This document shows, piece after piece, positions 19,518 through 30,243 of a stretch of DNA of 64,000 bases. A program made the position numbers and the translations under genes. Source of the stretch: Phycisphaeraceae bacterium. Lineage in GTDB: Bacteria > Planctomycetota > Phycisphaerae > Phycisphaerales > Phycisphaeraceae. Below the pieces are notes generated by a model that made no database searches, had not been told where the DNA came from, and saw nothing but the letters and a program-made list of their open reading frames with translations. The stretch's first letter is position 1. Each line of letters starts with the position of its first letter. Location: NCBI GenBank assembly GCA_963674705.1, contig OY771506.1, positions 5,312,001 to 5,376,000 of the forward strand, in the 5' to 3' direction.

Positions 19518-21653
19518 ATGCGGCTTCGTAGCAAACTCTTACTTCCCGTCGTAGGTATTACAACCTTGGCCTGTGTGGCCGGATTCCTGGCGCTGTCATC
19601 AACGATCAACGGCCTGATCGAGCAAAGCACGACACAGGCGCAGACACTCAGCGATGAAGCTGTGAAAAGTGTCATACACGAACGCGCCGAAGCATACAGC
19701 GGGTCGGTCGACCAGGTCGCCAACGAGGCGCTGCAACTGGCATCACTGTTCTCGCAACAGGCTGATGTGATCGAGGCCTATCAACAGGCGCATACAGGCG
19801 ACATCAACGACGAGAACGATCCGACCGTGCAGCAGGCGCGCCAGGCGATGCGCGACAGGTTGGGCAACGTGGTTAGTGCTTACAAGCAACACGCCGGTGT
19901 CGACGAATTCCAGTTGCACTTCCACCTGCCGAACGGCCGGAGCCTTGTGCGGATGTGGCGTGACGGCTGGAACGCTTCACGTGACGGTCAAAAGGTAGAC
20001 ATCAGCGACGATATCAGCTCGTTCCGCCAAACAGTCGTACAGATCAACAGCGGGGATCACCACGCGCTGAAAGGTATCGAAGTGGGACGCGGCGGATTCG
20101 CGATCCGAGGTCTTGCGCCGGTGACCACGCCTGATGGCGAGCATCTGGGTTCGGTCGAGGTGCTCAAGTCATTCGCAAGTGCATCAGACAAGCTGCGGAC
20201 AAGTGAGAATCAGCAGTTCGCGGTTTACATGGACAGTAACTTGCTAACCATCGCCACGAAACTGCGCGATCCTGAGAAGTACCCGGTTCTGGACAACAAG
20301 TATGTCTTGTGCAGCAGCACGGATGCACCGTTGGTAACACCGCTGGTGACTTCAGCGTTTCTGGATGAGGCGCACGACGGCCTGGTTATCAAGGAAAACG
20401 GCAACTGGCGCGTCGCGGCCTGGCCGGTTAAGGACTTTGCGGATAAGACGATCGGCGTGATGCTGCTGGCGCTGGATCAGACACGGCAGGTGGATTTGAT
20501 CAACCAGATCGCGGAAGAAGGTCAGGCGACGCAGCAAGCCATGTTTATAAAACTGGTGACCGGCATCATCGTAGCCGGCGCCTTGGGATTAACCATCCTG
20601 TACCTGTTGATTTACCGGTTCGTCCTCAAACCGACCGGGGAAATAACACGCCGCCTGCAAGACATCAGTGAAGGCAACGGCGACCTGACGCAGCGTATCA
20701 CTGCCAAATCGAAGGATGAATTCAGCATCCTCGCCGGGGCATTCAACCGCTTCCTCGACAAGGTCCACAACATGGTGGTGCAGGTCGTCTCCACCACCAA
20801 CGACCTGGCCAGTGCGACGACGCAGATCGCTGCCAATGCAGAGCAGTTGTCGAACAATGCCGAGGAGCAGGATGCACAAGCGCAGCGTGTTGCCCAGGAA
20901 ATGGAGCAGGTAATCCGCGTCATGAAAGAGATGGAAGCCCAGTCGGATCAGGCGCGTGGTGATGCGGACAAGACGCGCGAGGTTGCCCAGCAAGGTGACG
21001 ATGCGGTAGCCGGCATTGTCGAACACATGCAGAACATCCGCCAGACGGTGAATGAAAGCGTGCGCAAGGTTGATCAGTTAGGCGACCGCGGCCGGGAGAT
21101 CGGGCAGATCGTGGACACCATCAACGACATCGCCGACCAGACGAACCTGCTGGCGTTAAACGCGGCGATCGAAGCGGCAAGGGCCGGGGAACACGGGCGC
21201 GGCTTCGCGGTGGTTGCAGACGAAGTACGCAAACTCGCCGACCGGACGATCAAGGCGACCGAACTGATCACCGACTCGGTCACCACTATTCAGCGAGACA
21301 CCAGCGAAGCGGTCGAGCAGATCCGCAGCAATGAAGAAACCGTGCAGCAAGGGGAGACGGCGGCCCAGGTCGCAAGCGACGGCCTGCAAGGCATCGTCGG
21401 CAGCGTCCAGGGCATGACCAGTGTGGTCGCACAGGTCGCACATACGACACGCACACAGTGCGATCAGATCAGCGGCGTCGGCGAAGAAATGGGACGCATG
21501 CGCCAATCGATCCGCGAAGCGACCAGCGCGATCAGCCAGTCCGCCGAAGCGGCGACAAGCCTGTCCGAACGGGCCGAGATGCTGCGCAGCATGGTCAGCC
21601 GCTTCAAAGTCGCCGACCACGAGATGCACGAAGACAGCCGCGAAGCGGCTTAG
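19518..21653 (+). CDS. Methyl-accepting chemotaxis protein with Cache-type sensor and HAMP
   Basis: Two TMs; [48 protein letters not shown]. Confidence 0.96.
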   Translation: MRLRSKLLLPVVGITTLACVAGFLALSSTINGLIEQSTTQAQTLSDEAVKSVIHERAEAYSGSVDQVANEALQLASLFSQQADVIEAYQQAHTGDINDENDPTVQQARQAMRDRLGNVVSAYKQHAGVDEFQLHFHLPNGRSLVRMWRDGWNASRDGQKVDISDDISSFRQTVVQINSGDHHALKGIEVGRGGFAIRGLAPVTTPDGEHLGSVEVLKSFASASDKLRTSENQQFAVYMDSNLLTIATKLRDPEKYPVLDNKYVLCSSTDAPLVTPLVTSAFLDEAHDGLVIKENGNWRVAAWPVKDFADKTIGVMLLALDQTRQVDLINQIAEEGQATQQAMFIKLVTGIIVAGALGLTILYLLIYRFVLKPTGEITRRLQDISEGNGDLTQRITAKSKDEFSILAGAFNRFLDKVHNMVVQVVSTTNDLASATTQIAANAEQLSNNAEEQDAQAQRVAQEMEQVIRVMKEMEAQSDQARGDADKTREVAQQGDDAVAGIVEHMQNIRQTVNESVRKVDQLGDRGREIGQIVDTINDIADQTNLLALNAAIEAARAGEHGRGFAVVADEVRKLADRTIKATELITDSVTTIQRDTSEAVEQIRSNEETVQQGETAAQVASDGLQGIVGSVQGMTSVVAQVAHTTRTQCDQISGVGEEMGRMRQSIREATSAISQSAEAATSLSERAEMLRSMVSRFKVADHEMHEDSREAA

Positions 21654-21843
21654 TAAAACCGTCGCCTGTGTTGATGCAATAACTGTTTAAGAATCTTAAA
21701 AGCTGAAGCTCTTATTCAGACTCCGCATGCCGGGGCTGCGTTGTCTTATAAAAATGCTTGGTCATATCCGTCATTTACCTACAATGGTGATCGGCTGTCA
21801 CATGACAGTCATGGGCAATCATCCTTATAACGGAGATATCTGA

Positions 21844-22770
21844 ATGAAGCAGTGGATCTATTGCGCTATAACTGTGTTGTGCTTGGCACGTGTCGGCTTC
21901 GCTGAACCATACCTGTTGGTAGCCAATCATCAGGGAGGTGATTCTGTATCGCGATATGATCTTGACGGTAACTGGCAAGGCTACTTTGTTTCGCCTGGCA
22001 GCGGTGGGCTTGACAATGCGGTGGGCATTCAATTAGGTGCCGACGGCAACCTCTATGTGGCATCTGAAGGAACCTCACAGATTCTTCGATATAACGGCGG
22101 CGATGGCAGCTTTATGGATGTATTCTCCAGCGGCTCGGCGTTGCAGTATGTCGGCTACCTGACGGTCGGACCCGATGGCGACTTTTACGCAGCCGGGGTT
22201 GGTAACAACACGGTGGTAAGAATTGACGACGCAACAGGCGACATCCTTGGGTCTGCGGCAACCGGCGGTGGACTCAACGGACCGGATGGCATCGTCTTCA
22301 CAGCCTCAGGCGAACTACTTGTCTCGTCATACTTCACAAACAGCGTCAAACGCTACAACCCGGATACTGGGGCGTACCTTGGTGACCTCATTGTGGCAGG
22401 TGGACTCATCCGTCCATTACAACTAACTATTGTCGGTAATGAATTACAGGTTGTCAGCCAGGGCACAAACTCGATACGAAGGTACAACATCACGACCGGA
22501 GACTATCTTGGTGACCTGATTGCCGGGGGTAACCTGAATAATCCGATCGCACAAGTACTATTGCCAAATGGTGATCGGGTGGTCACTTCCTATTCGAACT
22601 CACAACTGATCCGTTTTAACGCGGAAGGCAACGCAGTTGGTGTGTTTGCGGCAGGTGCTTCAGAGGGTGTCACTTCACCAACCACGATGATTCTCATACC
22701 CGAGCCGGCAACACTGTCGGTGTTACTCGGATGCGGAATGTTGGTTATTGGTGTGGGACGCCATCATTAA
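21844..22770 (+). CDS. PEP-CTERM protein with NHL/Vgb-like beta-propeller
   Basis: Repeats such as GADGNLYVAS..ILRYNG; IPEP-TM tail; signal peptide. Confidence 0.88.
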   Translation: MKQWIYCAITVLCLARVGFAEPYLLVANHQGGDSVSRYDLDGNWQGYFVSPGSGGLDNAVGIQLGADGNLYVASEGTSQILRYNGGDGSFMDVFSSGSALQYVGYLTVGPDGDFYAAGVGNNTVVRIDDATGDILGSAATGGGLNGPDGIVFTASGELLVSSYFTNSVKRYNPDTGAYLGDLIVAGGLIRPLQLTIVGNELQVVSQGTNSIRRYNITTGDYLGDLIAGGNLNNPIAQVLLPNGDRVVTSYSNSQLIRFNAEGNAVGVFAAGASEGVTSPTTMILIPEPATLSVLLGCGMLVIGVGRHH

Positions 22771-22818
22771 GCAAGAGCAGATAATCTGCTCGTAATCAGA
22801 AGTGGATCTATACCAACA

Positions 22819-23538
22819 TCAACAAATCTTTGAAATTAACCCTGGCGGCGCGCCGATATCCGCGACTTCGAGCTGACCAACGTAAGGTTTGGCGGCGGGC
22901 TGGGTGAAGCCTTGTTTGGCGGCAACGAAGGTGATGGTCAGGTCGGCTTGGACGGCGTGCTGAAGCACGCCTTGCCGTGAGGTCGGGGGACTTCCGGTGT
23001 TGCAGTCGAGGCCGGAGGGCAGGTCGATGGCGGCGACCACCCTTGGACCGTTTGAATCGTTGGTCTCACGCCATTCGTTTACCGCCTGGATCAGTTTGAG
23101 CATGTCGGGGCGGAGTTCGCCCTGAAAGCCTGTGCCGAGCAGGGCGTCGATGATGAGGGTTGGGAGGTTGGCACCGGCGTGCTCAAGCACGCCTCGCCTG
23201 GTGGCGGGGTGGATGGGCAGGTTCATGTTCCGGCAGATGCGGGCGTTGATGAGAGCGTCGCCTTTGAGCTGGTCGACTGATTTGGTCGTGAGGATAGTGA
23301 CTTGGATGCCGCGGTTATGCAGGTGGCGGGCGATCACATAGCCGTCGCCGCCGTTGTTCCCGCCGCCGCAGAGGATCAGGGCGGATTCAAGCTTTACCCC
23401 CTGCTGCTGCATGTAATACTGGATAAAATCCGTGGCATTTCGCCCGGCGTTTTCCATGAGAACGACGCCGGGGATGCCCAATTCCTCGATCGCCAGGCGG
23501 TCGACCTCCCGGACCTGCTCGCGCGAAAGTGTGACCAT
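22819..23538 (-). CDS. nnrE: NAD(P)H-hydrate epimerase (stand-alone YjeF-N)
   Basis: LMENAG, CGGGNNGGDG, DALLGTG, IDLPSGL. Confidence 0.93.
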   Translation of the reverse strand: MVTLSREQVREVDRLAIEELGIPGVVLMENAGRNATDFIQYYMQQQGVKLESALILCGGGNNGGDGYVIARHLHNRGIQVTILTTKSVDQLKGDALINARICRNMNLPIHPATRRGVLEHAGANLPTLIIDALLGTGFQGELRPDMLKLIQAVNEWRETNDSNGPRVVAAIDLPSGLDCNTGSPPTSRQGVLQHAVQADLTITFVAAKQGFTQPAAKPYVGQLEVADIGAPPGLISKIC

Positions 23539-23600
23539 CGATAAATCTCCTTCTCTGAGCGTCTGCTTGTCATCCGCTGCGTAAACAGACAGAATACGAC

Positions 23601-24077
23601 ATGCGCATCGATCTGCGTAATCTTGATAGGCAGAAACTGTTTTCTGTGGAAGTCGACTTGGAGAAGCCACCGACGGTCGTGCGTGGCGAGGTCGAGGACA
23701 CCGAGGACGGGCGCAAGGAAACGCAACACGCAGTGCATCTGAACTGGGACCGGGCCATCGACGATGAAAAACACCTTCGCCGCTGCCCGGCCTGCGGCTG
23801 TGAGGATCTGTACGTTCGCAACCAGTTCCCCCGGCTGACCGCATTCGTCATGATCGCGCTGGCGGCGGTAATCGCGATCGTCATGCTTGGACTTGGGCAA
23901 CTATACACAGCCCTGGTCGTACTGGGCATCCTCGGCCTGATCGACGCGGGGGTGTACCTGTTCTTCAGCGGTAAAGTGTTGATGTGCTACCGATGCCGTA
24001 GCGAGTACCATGACACACCGATCGGAAAAAAGGTGCGCACGTGGCAAGCGGATATTGAGGAGCGGTATAGGGTATAG
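23601..24077 (+). CDS. Hypothetical zinc-ribbon membrane protein
   Basis: CPACG and CYRC flanking a TM hairpin. Confidence 0.8.
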   Translation: MRIDLRNLDRQKLFSVEVDLEKPPTVVRGEVEDTEDGRKETQHAVHLNWDRAIDDEKHLRRCPACGCEDLYVRNQFPRLTAFVMIALAAVIAIVMLGLGQLYTALVVLGILGLIDAGVYLFFSGKVLMCYRCRSEYHDTPIGKKVRTWQADIEERYRV

Positions 24078-24263
24078 GGTGTGGGGTGTGGGGATTTGTA
24101 TTTATGATTTAGGATTTAGGATTGATGATTGGGGCTAATGGCTAATCGCTAAAGGCTGATGGCTTTACCTTCCCCAACGCCGGTCCTGAGCGAAGCGAAG
24201 GTCCGGGCGGATTTGAGCAGGAGAGAGTCGAACAGTAGAAGAGGATTTAATTTTCTGCTTTTC
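24064..24263. repeat. Composite repeat copy 2
   Basis: GGGTGT-, GATTTAG- and GGCTAAT-type arrays, core at 24172-24207, TTTTCTGC tail interrupted by IS630. Confidence 0.9.
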
Positions 24264-25308
24264 TAGAGCGTCTTCCAATCTCATGTAGCATACCCGCAGC
24301 TGCGGAAGTAGTTGCGGCACTCGTCCAGTGATACCGCACGCAACGCCCGACCGATCGCCTCAATCAGTTTGTCGCTGGTCCGCGCGGCGGCGGCACGCAG
24401 CAGGGCTTTGACCTTGCTCCACATCTTCTCGATCGGGTTGAAGTCCGGTGAGTACGGCGGTAAGTACCACAGGTCACAGCCCGCCGCTTCGATCGCTTCA
24501 CGCACCCCGCGCACCTTATGCGACGCCAGGTTATCCATCACCACGATCTGGCCTTGCTTCAGCGCCGGGGCCAGGCAACGCTCGACGTAGCCGCGGAACA
24601 GCGCCGCATCCGTCGCGCCGTCGAAGGCCAGCGTCGCCCGTTGGATCACACCCTCACAACCGATCGCGCTGAGCATCGTCGTCGTACGCCAGTGGCTGTG
24701 CGGCGCCGCGGCGTCCAGCCGGCAACCGCGTCCGGCCCAGCCCCGCAGGCGGGTCATGTTCGTCTTCGCGCCCGATTCATCCAGGAACACAAGCTGCTTA
24801 GGCTCGATGAACCGCGTGGCGATGCGGAAGTTCACACGCTGACGCTTCACATCCGCGCGGTCCTGCTCGCCGGGCCGTAATGACTTTTTTTAAACGTCCA
24901 CCCCAGCTTCCAACGCACCGTCCGCCACATCGTGCCCAGCCCGCAACGGATGCCCAACTCACGCTCGCAACGCACACGCAACGCATCCAGCGTCGTGTCC
25001 GGCTTCTGCTTGAGCATCGCACGTACACGCTGCAGGTCTTTGCCGGCGAACCGGCTGACGTAGTCGCCGCCCTGAGGCCGCGGCGCGATCCCCTCGCCTT
25101 CACGACGCCGTTGCTTGAGCCGACGCACCCACGAGGCGCTGACCGAGAACCGCTCGGCCACCTCACGCGTGCCGTGCCCGGCATCGCACGCCGCCAACAC
25201 CCGCTTCCGCAGATCCATTGAGTATGCCTTCATCAAAGCCTCCTTGCTTGAAGGCACAGCATAATCACTTGTGTACAAGGGCGCTACAGAGGCGTGGAAG
25301 ATGCTCTA
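24264..25308 (-). mobile_element. IS630-family insertion sequence with TA target duplication
   Basis: Ends TA-GAGCGTCTTCCA and TGGAAGATGCTC-TA (one mismatch) enclosing the transposase. Confidence 0.93.
24281..25233 (-). CDS. IS630 transposase, two frames joined by a -1 frameshift
   Basis: MKAYSMDLRKRV HTH; A AAA AAG slip site near 24884-24891; DDE residues in FLDES, VMDNL, NPIEK. Confidence 0.92.
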
Positions 25309-25794
25309 ATTTTCTGCTTTCCTGCTTTCCAACAACAGCACCACATGACAAGCAATCGCCCGATTCTCCCCTAGCGCATCTACCCGTTCGTGCGTTTTCC
25401 CCTTTAAGTTGACTTGCGATTCATCGCACCCAAGCAACTTTGCAAGGTTGGCCTTGATCGTAGCCTTATGTGGGCTGAGCTTCGGACGTTCGAGGATGAT
25501 AGTGATATCCATGTTGCCGATCACGTAGCCCACCTCACGCATCCGCCGAACCGCTTCTTCGACAAAGATGCGCGAATCAGCGTCCTTCCACTTCGGGTCT
25601 TTATCCGGAAACAGTTGGCCGATATCTTCCTGACCGAGCGCACCCAATATCGCATCGGTCACAGCATGATAAACCACATCGCCATCCGAGTGTGCAGCGC
25701 AGCCTCGATCGTGTTCGAGCTTGACGCCGCCAACGATCAACGGGAGATCAGGTTCGAGACGATGTAGATCGAAACCGTGGCCAATGCGATCCAT
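25306..25794 (-). CDS. ispF: 2-C-methyl-D-erythritol 2,4-cyclodiphosphate synthase
   Basis: RIGHGFDLH, AHSDGDV, DIGQLFPD. Confidence 0.96.
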   Translation of the reverse strand: MDRIGHGFDLHRLEPDLPLIVGGVKLEHDRGCAAHSDGDVVYHAVTDAILGALGQEDIGQLFPDKDPKWKDADSRIFVEEAVRRMREVGYVIGNMDITIILERPKLSPHKATIKANLAKLLGCDESQVNLKGKTHERVDALGENRAIACHVVLLLESRKAEN

Positions 25795-25795
25795 A

Positions 25796-27172
25796 CTACT
25801 TTAATCCATATTCTTTGAGTTTACGGTACAACGTCCGCTCCCCAATCCCCAGCATCTTCGCCGCTTGTTCACGATTACCGGCGGTGACTCTTAGGGCATC
25901 GCGGATGGCTTTCTTTTCGATCTGGTCGAGGCTCATGCCGCCGGTGTCGGGTAGTTGCGTGGTGTCGTCGCCGCCGCCCTGGCGGACTTCCGGGGGCAGG
26001 TGGCGGGGCTCAACCTTGTCGCCTTCGGCGATAACCACCATGTTCTGCACGATGTTCATGAGTTGGCGGATGTTGCCGGGCCAGTCGTGGCTCATCAGCG
26101 TCGTCTGCACATCCTCGGCCACCTCGGGCACGGGCTTGTTCAACTTCTCGGCATACTTGCTGACATAATGTCTGACCAGTAGCGGGATATCCTCGCGGCG
26201 TTCGCGCAACGGCGGCAGGTGTAACTCAACCCCCTTGATCCGGAAGTAAAGGTCTTCACGGAATTTTCCATCCTTGACTAACTGACCAAGATCATGGTTG
26301 GTCGCGGACACGAGACGAACATCGACGTGCCGGGCTTCGTTCGAACCGAGGCGGACGACTTCGCCGCTTTCCAGGACGCGCAGGAGTTTTGCCTGCATGT
26401 TCGTGGGCATGTCACCGACCTCATCAAGGAACAGCGTCCCGCCATCGGCAAACTCGAACCGGCCCTTGCGGTCTTTCTCCGCGCCGGTGAACGCACCCTT
26501 GATGTGGCCGAACAATTCATCTTCCAGGATCGAATCGCTTAAGCCCGCGCAGTTCAGCGGGACGAAAGGCTTCTTGGAGCGGTCGGAGTTATTGTGCAGC
26601 GCCTGGGCGATCAATTCCTTACCCGTGCCGGATTCGCCGGTGATGAGCACGGGGATACTGCTGGGCGCGACCTGGCGGAGCGTCGTGATAAGCGAGCGCA
26701 TCGCAGGTGCATTGCCGATGATGCCCTCAAAGCCGTACTGCTCATCGAGACGTTCACGCAGTTCGGAATTCTGAGCGCGGAGCATCACCGCCTGGATGGC
26801 GTGGTTGCACAATGTACGGAAGACATCGAGATCGAGTGGTTTTTCGATGAAGTCGTAGGCGCCGCCCTTGATGGCTGCCTTGGCGGTCGGGACATCGCCG
26901 TGGGCGGTGACCATGATCGTCTCAGCCTGGGGCTGGTTCTGGCGTGCGGCGGCGAGGACCTTCTGGCCGTCATCCGGGCTGTCCATGACCAGGTCGGTGA
27001 CGATCAGGTCAAACTGGCCGTGCTTAAGCTCGTCGGTCGCGGATTCGAGGTCGTTGACGAGGGTGCAGACGTGGCCCAATCGGCGCAGGGCCTCGGCCAT
27101 CACCTCGGCGTGGCCCACTTCATCATCAACGATCAGGATCTGTGCGGTCGGTGTTTTTTCGTCTTCAGGCAT
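25796..27172 (-). CDS. Sigma-54-dependent response regulator (NtrC/AtoC family)
   Basis: Receiver domain, GESGTGKE, GAFTGA, WPGNIRQL, Fis-type HTH. Confidence 0.95.
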   Translation of the reverse strand: MPEDEKTPTAQILIVDDEVGHAEVMAEALRRLGHVCTLVNDLESATDELKHGQFDLIVTDLVMDSPDDGQKVLAAARQNQPQAETIMVTAHGDVPTAKAAIKGGAYDFIEKPLDLDVFRTLCNHAIQAVMLRAQNSELRERLDEQYGFEGIIGNAPAMRSLITTLRQVAPSSIPVLITGESGTGKELIAQALHNNSDRSKKPFVPLNCAGLSDSILEDELFGHIKGAFTGAEKDRKGRFEFADGGTLFLDEVGDMPTNMQAKLLRVLESGEVVRLGSNEARHVDVRLVSATNHDLGQLVKDGKFREDLYFRIKGVELHLPPLRERREDIPLLVRHYVSKYAEKLNKPVPEVAEDVQTTLMSHDWPGNIRQLMNIVQNMVVIAEGDKVEPRHLPPEVRQGGGDDTTQLPDTGGMSLDQIEKKAIRDALRVTAGNREQAAKMLGIGERTLYRKLKEYGLK

Positions 27173-27276
27173 AGGGGAATCTTGACGGCGTGTGGGGCTT
27201 GGGTCAACTCCGAGCCGGTATTGGGTAAACCGGGCATCATATCACGCGACTTGCGTGTACGGGCCGATATAATCCG

Positions 27277-28140
27277 GTGATGAACCAGCCGATCGGACAA
27301 CCCGACCCATCCACAACCGGCAAACGCGTGAGGCGCATCGGCTGTGTGGGGTTTCTCAACTCCAAGCCATTGATCGAAGGCCTTGTCGACTTCGCCGATC
27401 CCGTGGTTCGGCTGGATGTCCCTTCAAACCTGCTGGAGGACCTTGAGCAAGGCGAGGTTGATATCGCGCTTTGCCCGGTGATTGATTACTTCCGCTCAAG
27501 CGAGCCGTTACAGATCGTGCCGGTAGGTTGCATCGCTTCGGATGGATTGACGCATACGGTCAGGCTGTTCAGCCGGGTACCGATCGAATCGATCACACGT
27601 GTACATGCGGATGTGGACAGCCATACGAGCGTGGCCCTGCTGCGTGTGTTGATGCACGAACTGCACGGCCTGGACCCCGAGATTGTGCCGTATGACACAC
27701 TGCAGGAAGCGACAACAGGCGAACGAAACCAGAATCACGAAGCAATGCTGTTGATCGGTGACAAGGTTGTAACCAATGCGCCACCGACAAAAAGCTATCC
27801 GTATCAGATGGACTTCGGCGAAGCGTGGAAAGCCCTGACGGGTTTGCCGTTCGTTTTCGCGGTTTGGATGGCACAACAGGATTGCGACATTGGCGATCTG
27901 CCCGAGACATTGAACCGCCAGCGTGAATTGAATTCCGAGCGAATCGATGCGATCGCGAAAAAGTACGCCGACTCGCACGGATGGGAACTTGCCGAAGCGA
28001 TCAATTACCTTGGCAACATCCTGAGTTACGAAGTCGGGCCCAGGGAGTTGGAAGCGATCCGGACGTTTGCGCACAAGGCGGCCGAACTTGGGTTAATCGA
28101 ACAGGCACATCCGTTAGACATCTACGGCCGAAGTCAATAA
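27277..28140 (+). CDS. mqnA: Chorismate dehydratase (futalosine pathway)
   Basis: IGCVGFLNSKPL, SHTSVAL, LLIGD, TGLPFVFAVW. Confidence 0.9.
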   Translation: MMNQPIGQPDPSTTGKRVRRIGCVGFLNSKPLIEGLVDFADPVVRLDVPSNLLEDLEQGEVDIALCPVIDYFRSSEPLQIVPVGCIASDGLTHTVRLFSRVPIESITRVHADVDSHTSVALLRVLMHELHGLDPEIVPYDTLQEATTGERNQNHEAMLLIGDKVVTNAPPTKSYPYQMDFGEAWKALTGLPFVFAVWMAQQDCDIGDLPETLNRQRELNSERIDAIAKKYADSHGWELAEAINYLGNILSYEVGPRELEAIRTFAHKAAELGLIEQAHPLDIYGRSQ

Positions 28141-28165
28141 GACCGGCCCCGAGGGGAAAGCGACC

Positions 28166-29638
28166 TTGAGCCGGCGACTTAACCAAACCTATCGCAGCAA
28201 AGCCCTGGACGAGTTAGCCAGGCAGTTGGCGTTTTCGCCGCCGGATAAACGCGTGCAGCAGATAAAGCGGATCGAAAAACTGCACGATCAGATCGATCCG
28301 GACAAGAACTACCCGCTGGACTTTCTGTTCTACCGGATCACCAATTATCGGCGAGAAGGCAAGGAGTCGGTCGTGCTGGCGGGTGAGGCTATTCTGCCGG
28401 ACCTTAGGCTGATGATCGATGCGCTGAGTCGGTCGGTACGTATCCCTCTCAATGACGACAACGAGCCTGTCGAAACCGTGCAACAACTGGCAAGCCGATT
28501 GGGCGTAAGCACGAAGACGATCGGGCGGTGGCGCAAAGCCGGCATGCGCTGGCGCTGGGTCGAGCCTGCCGACGGGGGCAAGAATATCGTCGTGATCCCG
28601 CGCAAGGCATCGGATCGTTATATCGAAGAACACCCTGAGCAGGTAATGCGCGCAGCCAGGTTCACGCAGATTGATCCCAAAACACGGCAGCGTATCATCG
28701 ACCGGGCTCGCCTGATTGCACGTAGGCGTGAGGTGTCTTTGAACCAGGTCGCGTCTCACCTTGCAACGAAAACGGGTCGAGGTTTGGAAACGATCCGGCA
28801 GTTGTTGATGCAGTATGACCGGGAACACCCGGAGCGTGCGATCTTCGGTGACTACGTCGGGCCTTTGGATCACAAACAGAAGCGGACGATAGCACGGGCA
28901 TACCGCATGGGCGTGTCGGTCGGCAAGATCGCCGCGCGATACAAGCGGGCGAGGTCGACGGTGTACCGGGCGATCCACCAGCACAGCGCGGGCAAGGCCG
29001 GCCGTGTGCGTCTGGATTACGTGCCTTCACCGACATTCGAGCGCGATGATGCCCAACAGGTGATACTGAGCCGGCCGCTCGAGGCGCTATTGCAACACAA
29101 GCAGCGAAGCAGCGCGCCGACCGACGGATTACCGCAGGAAGTCCGACCGCTGTTCAACCAGCCCCTGATCCCACAGGAACAGGTGCGTGCACTTTTCATC
29201 CGGTACAACTTCGTCAAGTTCAAGGCTGTACGAGAACGTGAATCCTTCGACAAATACAGCCCGGGTGCGAAGCAGGTCGGCGCGTTTAAACAGTGGGTTG
29301 AACAGGCAAGAGAGCTGCGGGACATACTCGTTCAGATCCACCTGCCGATCGTATTATCCGTGGCAAGACGGCACATGATCAGCGAAACCTCGCCGGGGCC
29401 GACACGTCTGATGGAATTGATCGAAACCGGGCTCGAAGTGCTGATCCAATCGGTCGAGACGTTCAACCCGACACGCCAGCAATTCGACTCATTCCTGACC
29501 AATCGTTTGATGGGCCGATACGCAACAACACCGAGTCAATCCAAAGGCATGGCCCACCGGCGAAGCGAACCGGGCGAGGCGCTGGCGAGGCTGGAAGCGA
29601 TCGCGCGTGAAGCGGGTGTCGGGATTGCTGACTTCTAA
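28166..29638 (+). CDS. Multi-HTH protein with degenerate sigma-70 region 2
   Basis: HTHs LASRLGVSTKTIGRW and IAARYKRARSTVYR; C-terminal LPIVLSVARRH..ELIETG..SVETFN. Confidence 0.7.
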   Translation: MSRRLNQTYRSKALDELARQLAFSPPDKRVQQIKRIEKLHDQIDPDKNYPLDFLFYRITNYRREGKESVVLAGEAILPDLRLMIDALSRSVRIPLNDDNEPVETVQQLASRLGVSTKTIGRWRKAGMRWRWVEPADGGKNIVVIPRKASDRYIEEHPEQVMRAARFTQIDPKTRQRIIDRARLIARRREVSLNQVASHLATKTGRGLETIRQLLMQYDREHPERAIFGDYVGPLDHKQKRTIARAYRMGVSVGKIAARYKRARSTVYRAIHQHSAGKAGRVRLDYVPSPTFERDDAQQVILSRPLEALLQHKQRSSAPTDGLPQEVRPLFNQPLIPQEQVRALFIRYNFVKFKAVRERESFDKYSPGAKQVGAFKQWVEQARELRDILVQIHLPIVLSVARRHMISETSPGPTRLMELIETGLEVLIQSVETFNPTRQQFDSFLTNRLMGRYATTPSQSKGMAHRRSEPGEALARLEAIAREAGVGIADF

Positions 29639-29698
29639 TTGCTGATTGTTAATGTGTAGACCTGAACACGTCAGCGATTAAACATCCGCGATCAGCAA

Positions 29699-30061
29699 TC
29701 ATTCTCCTCGATATTCCACCGCACTCGTGCACGTCTCCCGCACGCGCACGGCTGACAACAACGGCAAATTCGGCTTGAGCCGATCGTAGATCCAGATCGC
29801 AAGTACTTCCGCGGTGGGGTTTTCCAGACCTTCGATATCGTTAAGGCAATAATGATCGAGCTGCTTGCGGATCGGCTCGGTCACCTGCTTGACTTCGCCG
29901 AAGTCCTGGAGATAACCCATTTCGGTGTCGAGTTCACCTTCAATGGTGATATCGACTTTAAAAGAGTGGCCGTGCAACCGCCGACACTTGTGCCCCTCCG
30001 GGAAAGTGGGCAACCAGTGAGCAGCTTCAAAATCAATCGTCTTGGTCAGGTGAATGTGCAT
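29699..30061 (-). CDS. queD: 6-carboxy-5,6,7,8-tetrahydropterin synthase
   Basis: FEAAH, CRRLHGHS, LDH..LN, NPTAE, VRET. Confidence 0.95.
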   Translation of the reverse strand: MHIHLTKTIDFEAAHWLPTFPEGHKCRRLHGHSFKVDITIEGELDTEMGYLQDFGEVKQVTEPIRKQLDHYCLNDIEGLENPTAEVLAIWIYDRLKPNLPLLSAVRVRETCTSAVEYRGE

Positions 30062-30068
30062 TTGTTGG

Positions 30069-30243
30069 AGGGTGTGGGGGATTATATTTAGGATTTAGCA
30101 TTGATGATTTATGATTTGTACTAATGACTTTTCAGTTTTTCAGCTTTCCAGTCTCTTCCCCCCAACGCCGGTCCTGAGCGAAGCGAAGGGCCGGGTTTCT
30201 TCGGGTGTAGGGTGTAGGAATTCTATTTTCTGCTTTTCTGCTT
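30069..30243. repeat. Composite repeat copy 3
   Basis: Heptamer/octamer arrays with core at 30160-30195. Confidence 0.9.

Noticed and set aside
14099..30195. 36-bp repeat as a CRISPR repeat
   Set aside because: Copies are 6-10 kb apart, with no spacer array and no cas genes
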